DNA from: Octopus sinensis
Taxonomy: Eukaryota
Length of the DNA stretch: 64,000 nt
Reading direction: 5' to 3'
NCBI RefSeq assembly: GCF_006345805.1
Contig: NC_042998.1
Coordinates: 93,868,001 to 93,932,000 of the forward strand
Every line of letters starts with the position of its first letter. The stretch's first letter is position 1. Under the pieces are notes generated by a model. The model was not told the DNA's origin and did no database searches. It saw only the letters and a program-made list of their open reading frames with translations. A program made the translations under genes and the position numbers. Shown piece after piece: positions 62,214 to 64,000 of the stretch.

Positions 62214-63106
62214 TATTTGAGGGGGTATCCAAAAGTAATCAGAAACATCCTCTGTGGGACAAACCCATTGTAGTTCTGACTTCCACTGCTAGAAGCCTTT
62301 TGATGTAACTCTAAGGCACCAGTATGTTGACCAGCGGCATAAAGTATAGTCCTACTGCCATGTGGTGCATCTTAGCTTTGCAGCGCTTCCCGTTTATCAA
62401 TTCTTGCAATGGCTGAAATGAAGGAACAGTGTGCTTCCATGAAATTATGTTTTCTCCAGGGGAAAAAATGGACAAATAGTTATGTTTTAAACAGCTTACG
62501 AAGACACTGCCATGAGCAAGACAAGTTTATGAGTGGTTTTCACACTTTAGGAATGGTCACTTCAAGACCAACCTCATTCGGGGCATCCATCAACCTCCCA
62601 AACAACTGAAAACATCATGAAAATTCATAAACTTGTCTTGGCGAACCATCACCAAACATTTGATGAACTTGTTGATATGATTGGTGTGTCCTGGATCACC
62701 TCCCAACAATTTTCAAGTGAAGAATTGCAAATGAAAAGAGTTGCAGTAAAATTTGTGTCTGGTTAGCTCACAGAAGATCAAGAGCAGTCACGACTGAATG
62801 CATGTCGTGAACTGAAAGAACAGTTGGAAATTGATCTGGACCATTTTTTTTTTTTTGAAGGTCATCACTTGTGACGAAAGCTAGTGCTCCAGAATTTACA
62901 GATGTGGGAGAGGTGAAGTAAAAAAAATGGAGGCGTTAAAAGGCATCACTTTGCAAGAGTTCCAGCACTGCTTCAAACAATGGAAAACATGTCTGGATCG
63001 ATGCATTACATCAAATGGAAAATAGTTTGAAGGTGATAAAAGTGTAAACATGTAAAATTAAGTGAATAAAATATTGCAAAATTCCAGTTTCTTTTGAGTA
63101 CCCCCG
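62214..63106 (+). mobile_element. Internally deleted mariner element
   Basis: TIR-like GGGGGTATCCAAAAGTAATC / GTTTCTTTTGAGTACCCCC; remnants MAEMKEQCASMKLCF, LQMKRVAVKFV..LTEDQ, VITCDES (ITGDESW motif), WKTCLDRCITSNGK*FEGD. Confidence 0.85.
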
Positions 63107-64000
63107 CGCGCGCGCGTGCGTGCGTGCGTGCGTGCGCGTGCGTGCGCGTGCGTGTGTGTGTGCATACAACATGCATCTTTACAAAACTAGGCAGAATAAT
63201 GGCCACAGATGGTGACAACACCATTTGCAGCTCAGTTACATATTGGTGATAACTGTTGCCATTTCCTTGCTAACAGTTTATCAGCTAACTGCGCTTTTTT
63301 TTTAATACCTCTCAAATTTAAAAAAAAAATCCTTTACTTGAAAAGCAAATAAACATTGGCAACCTGAAGGGTGCCAACCATAAAATTTCTGCCTCAATTT
63401 AAATCGATACCATGAAAAAAATGTTAAATGAAATAAATATGTACACAATTTGTAAAACAGTTAAATGTTTAAATATTTCTATTCAATATTCAGCTAACTA
63501 AATGATCTGTTGGTGTTCCCATGAAATTCAGACACAGGAGATGAACAAACAGAGAGATAGACACACATCACTAATTATCTTAATAGATAATTGACAAAGA
63601 AACTACATTCATCTAATCATATTGCATTCTAAAGTTTAAAATTTTTTTTTTTGGGGACCAGTTTTCAGGAAAATATACACAAAACAGCCTGAGTCTACAG
63701 TTTTCCACACAGAATTATTTTTCTCTTCTGAATGCCACAAGTAGTACTTGTCTACATTGTTACCGATAGCGCTACTAAAATAGCAATCTGACTAACATAG
63801 CGACCTGAACAGATTTATATTATTTTTCACTGTAGTTCAGTTGAGTTAGAGTTCCAGTTTTATCAAATATATTTTCTTCAGAAACTTTTTTTAATAGAAT
63901 TCATATATTTTTCACTGTGTAGTTCTTCCATTTCAACACTCCTACGAGTGTTTGTAACCTCGTTACCACTGTTATAATGACACCATTATACAATGGGAGG

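Noticed and set aside
63915-63950. Minus-strand GVLKWKNY resembling PLEKHA8 exon 1 (MEGVLxKWTNY)
   Set aside because: Spacing is off by one residue, there is no adjacent ATG and no phase-1 GT donor; probably chance. The true exon 1 likely lies beyond 64000.

Overview
AT-rich, microsatellite- and SINE-dense animal genomic DNA; the repeat content suggests an octopus or other coleoid cephalopod (inference). Two intron-rich genes converge, both reconstructed by hand from GT-AG sites with continuous reading phase. (1) + strand: the last 5 exons (2974-21147) of an SRCR + ZP-module protein (DMBT1/uromodulin-like) with an RNKR furin site, a long Ser/Thr stalk and a GPI-type C-terminus. (2) - strand: 11 exons (48999-31972) of PLEKHA8/FAPP2 (PH + GLTP domains); its first coding exon was not found in the window. 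Introns hold a 4.9-kb composite Helitron array with a Pif1 helicase fragment, three mariner derivatives, piggyBac-type MITEs, a Helentron-type element, RTE and CR1/L2-like LINE remnants (one with a PHD-like finger inside the RT, one ending in three C2H2 fingers), several tRNA-derived SINE families, an 822-bp tandem duplication and several fold-back hairpins. Most short ORFs in the supplied track are repeat or microsatellite noise. No clearly new biological system is demonstrated; the best leads are listed as findings. Repeat boundaries are approximate.
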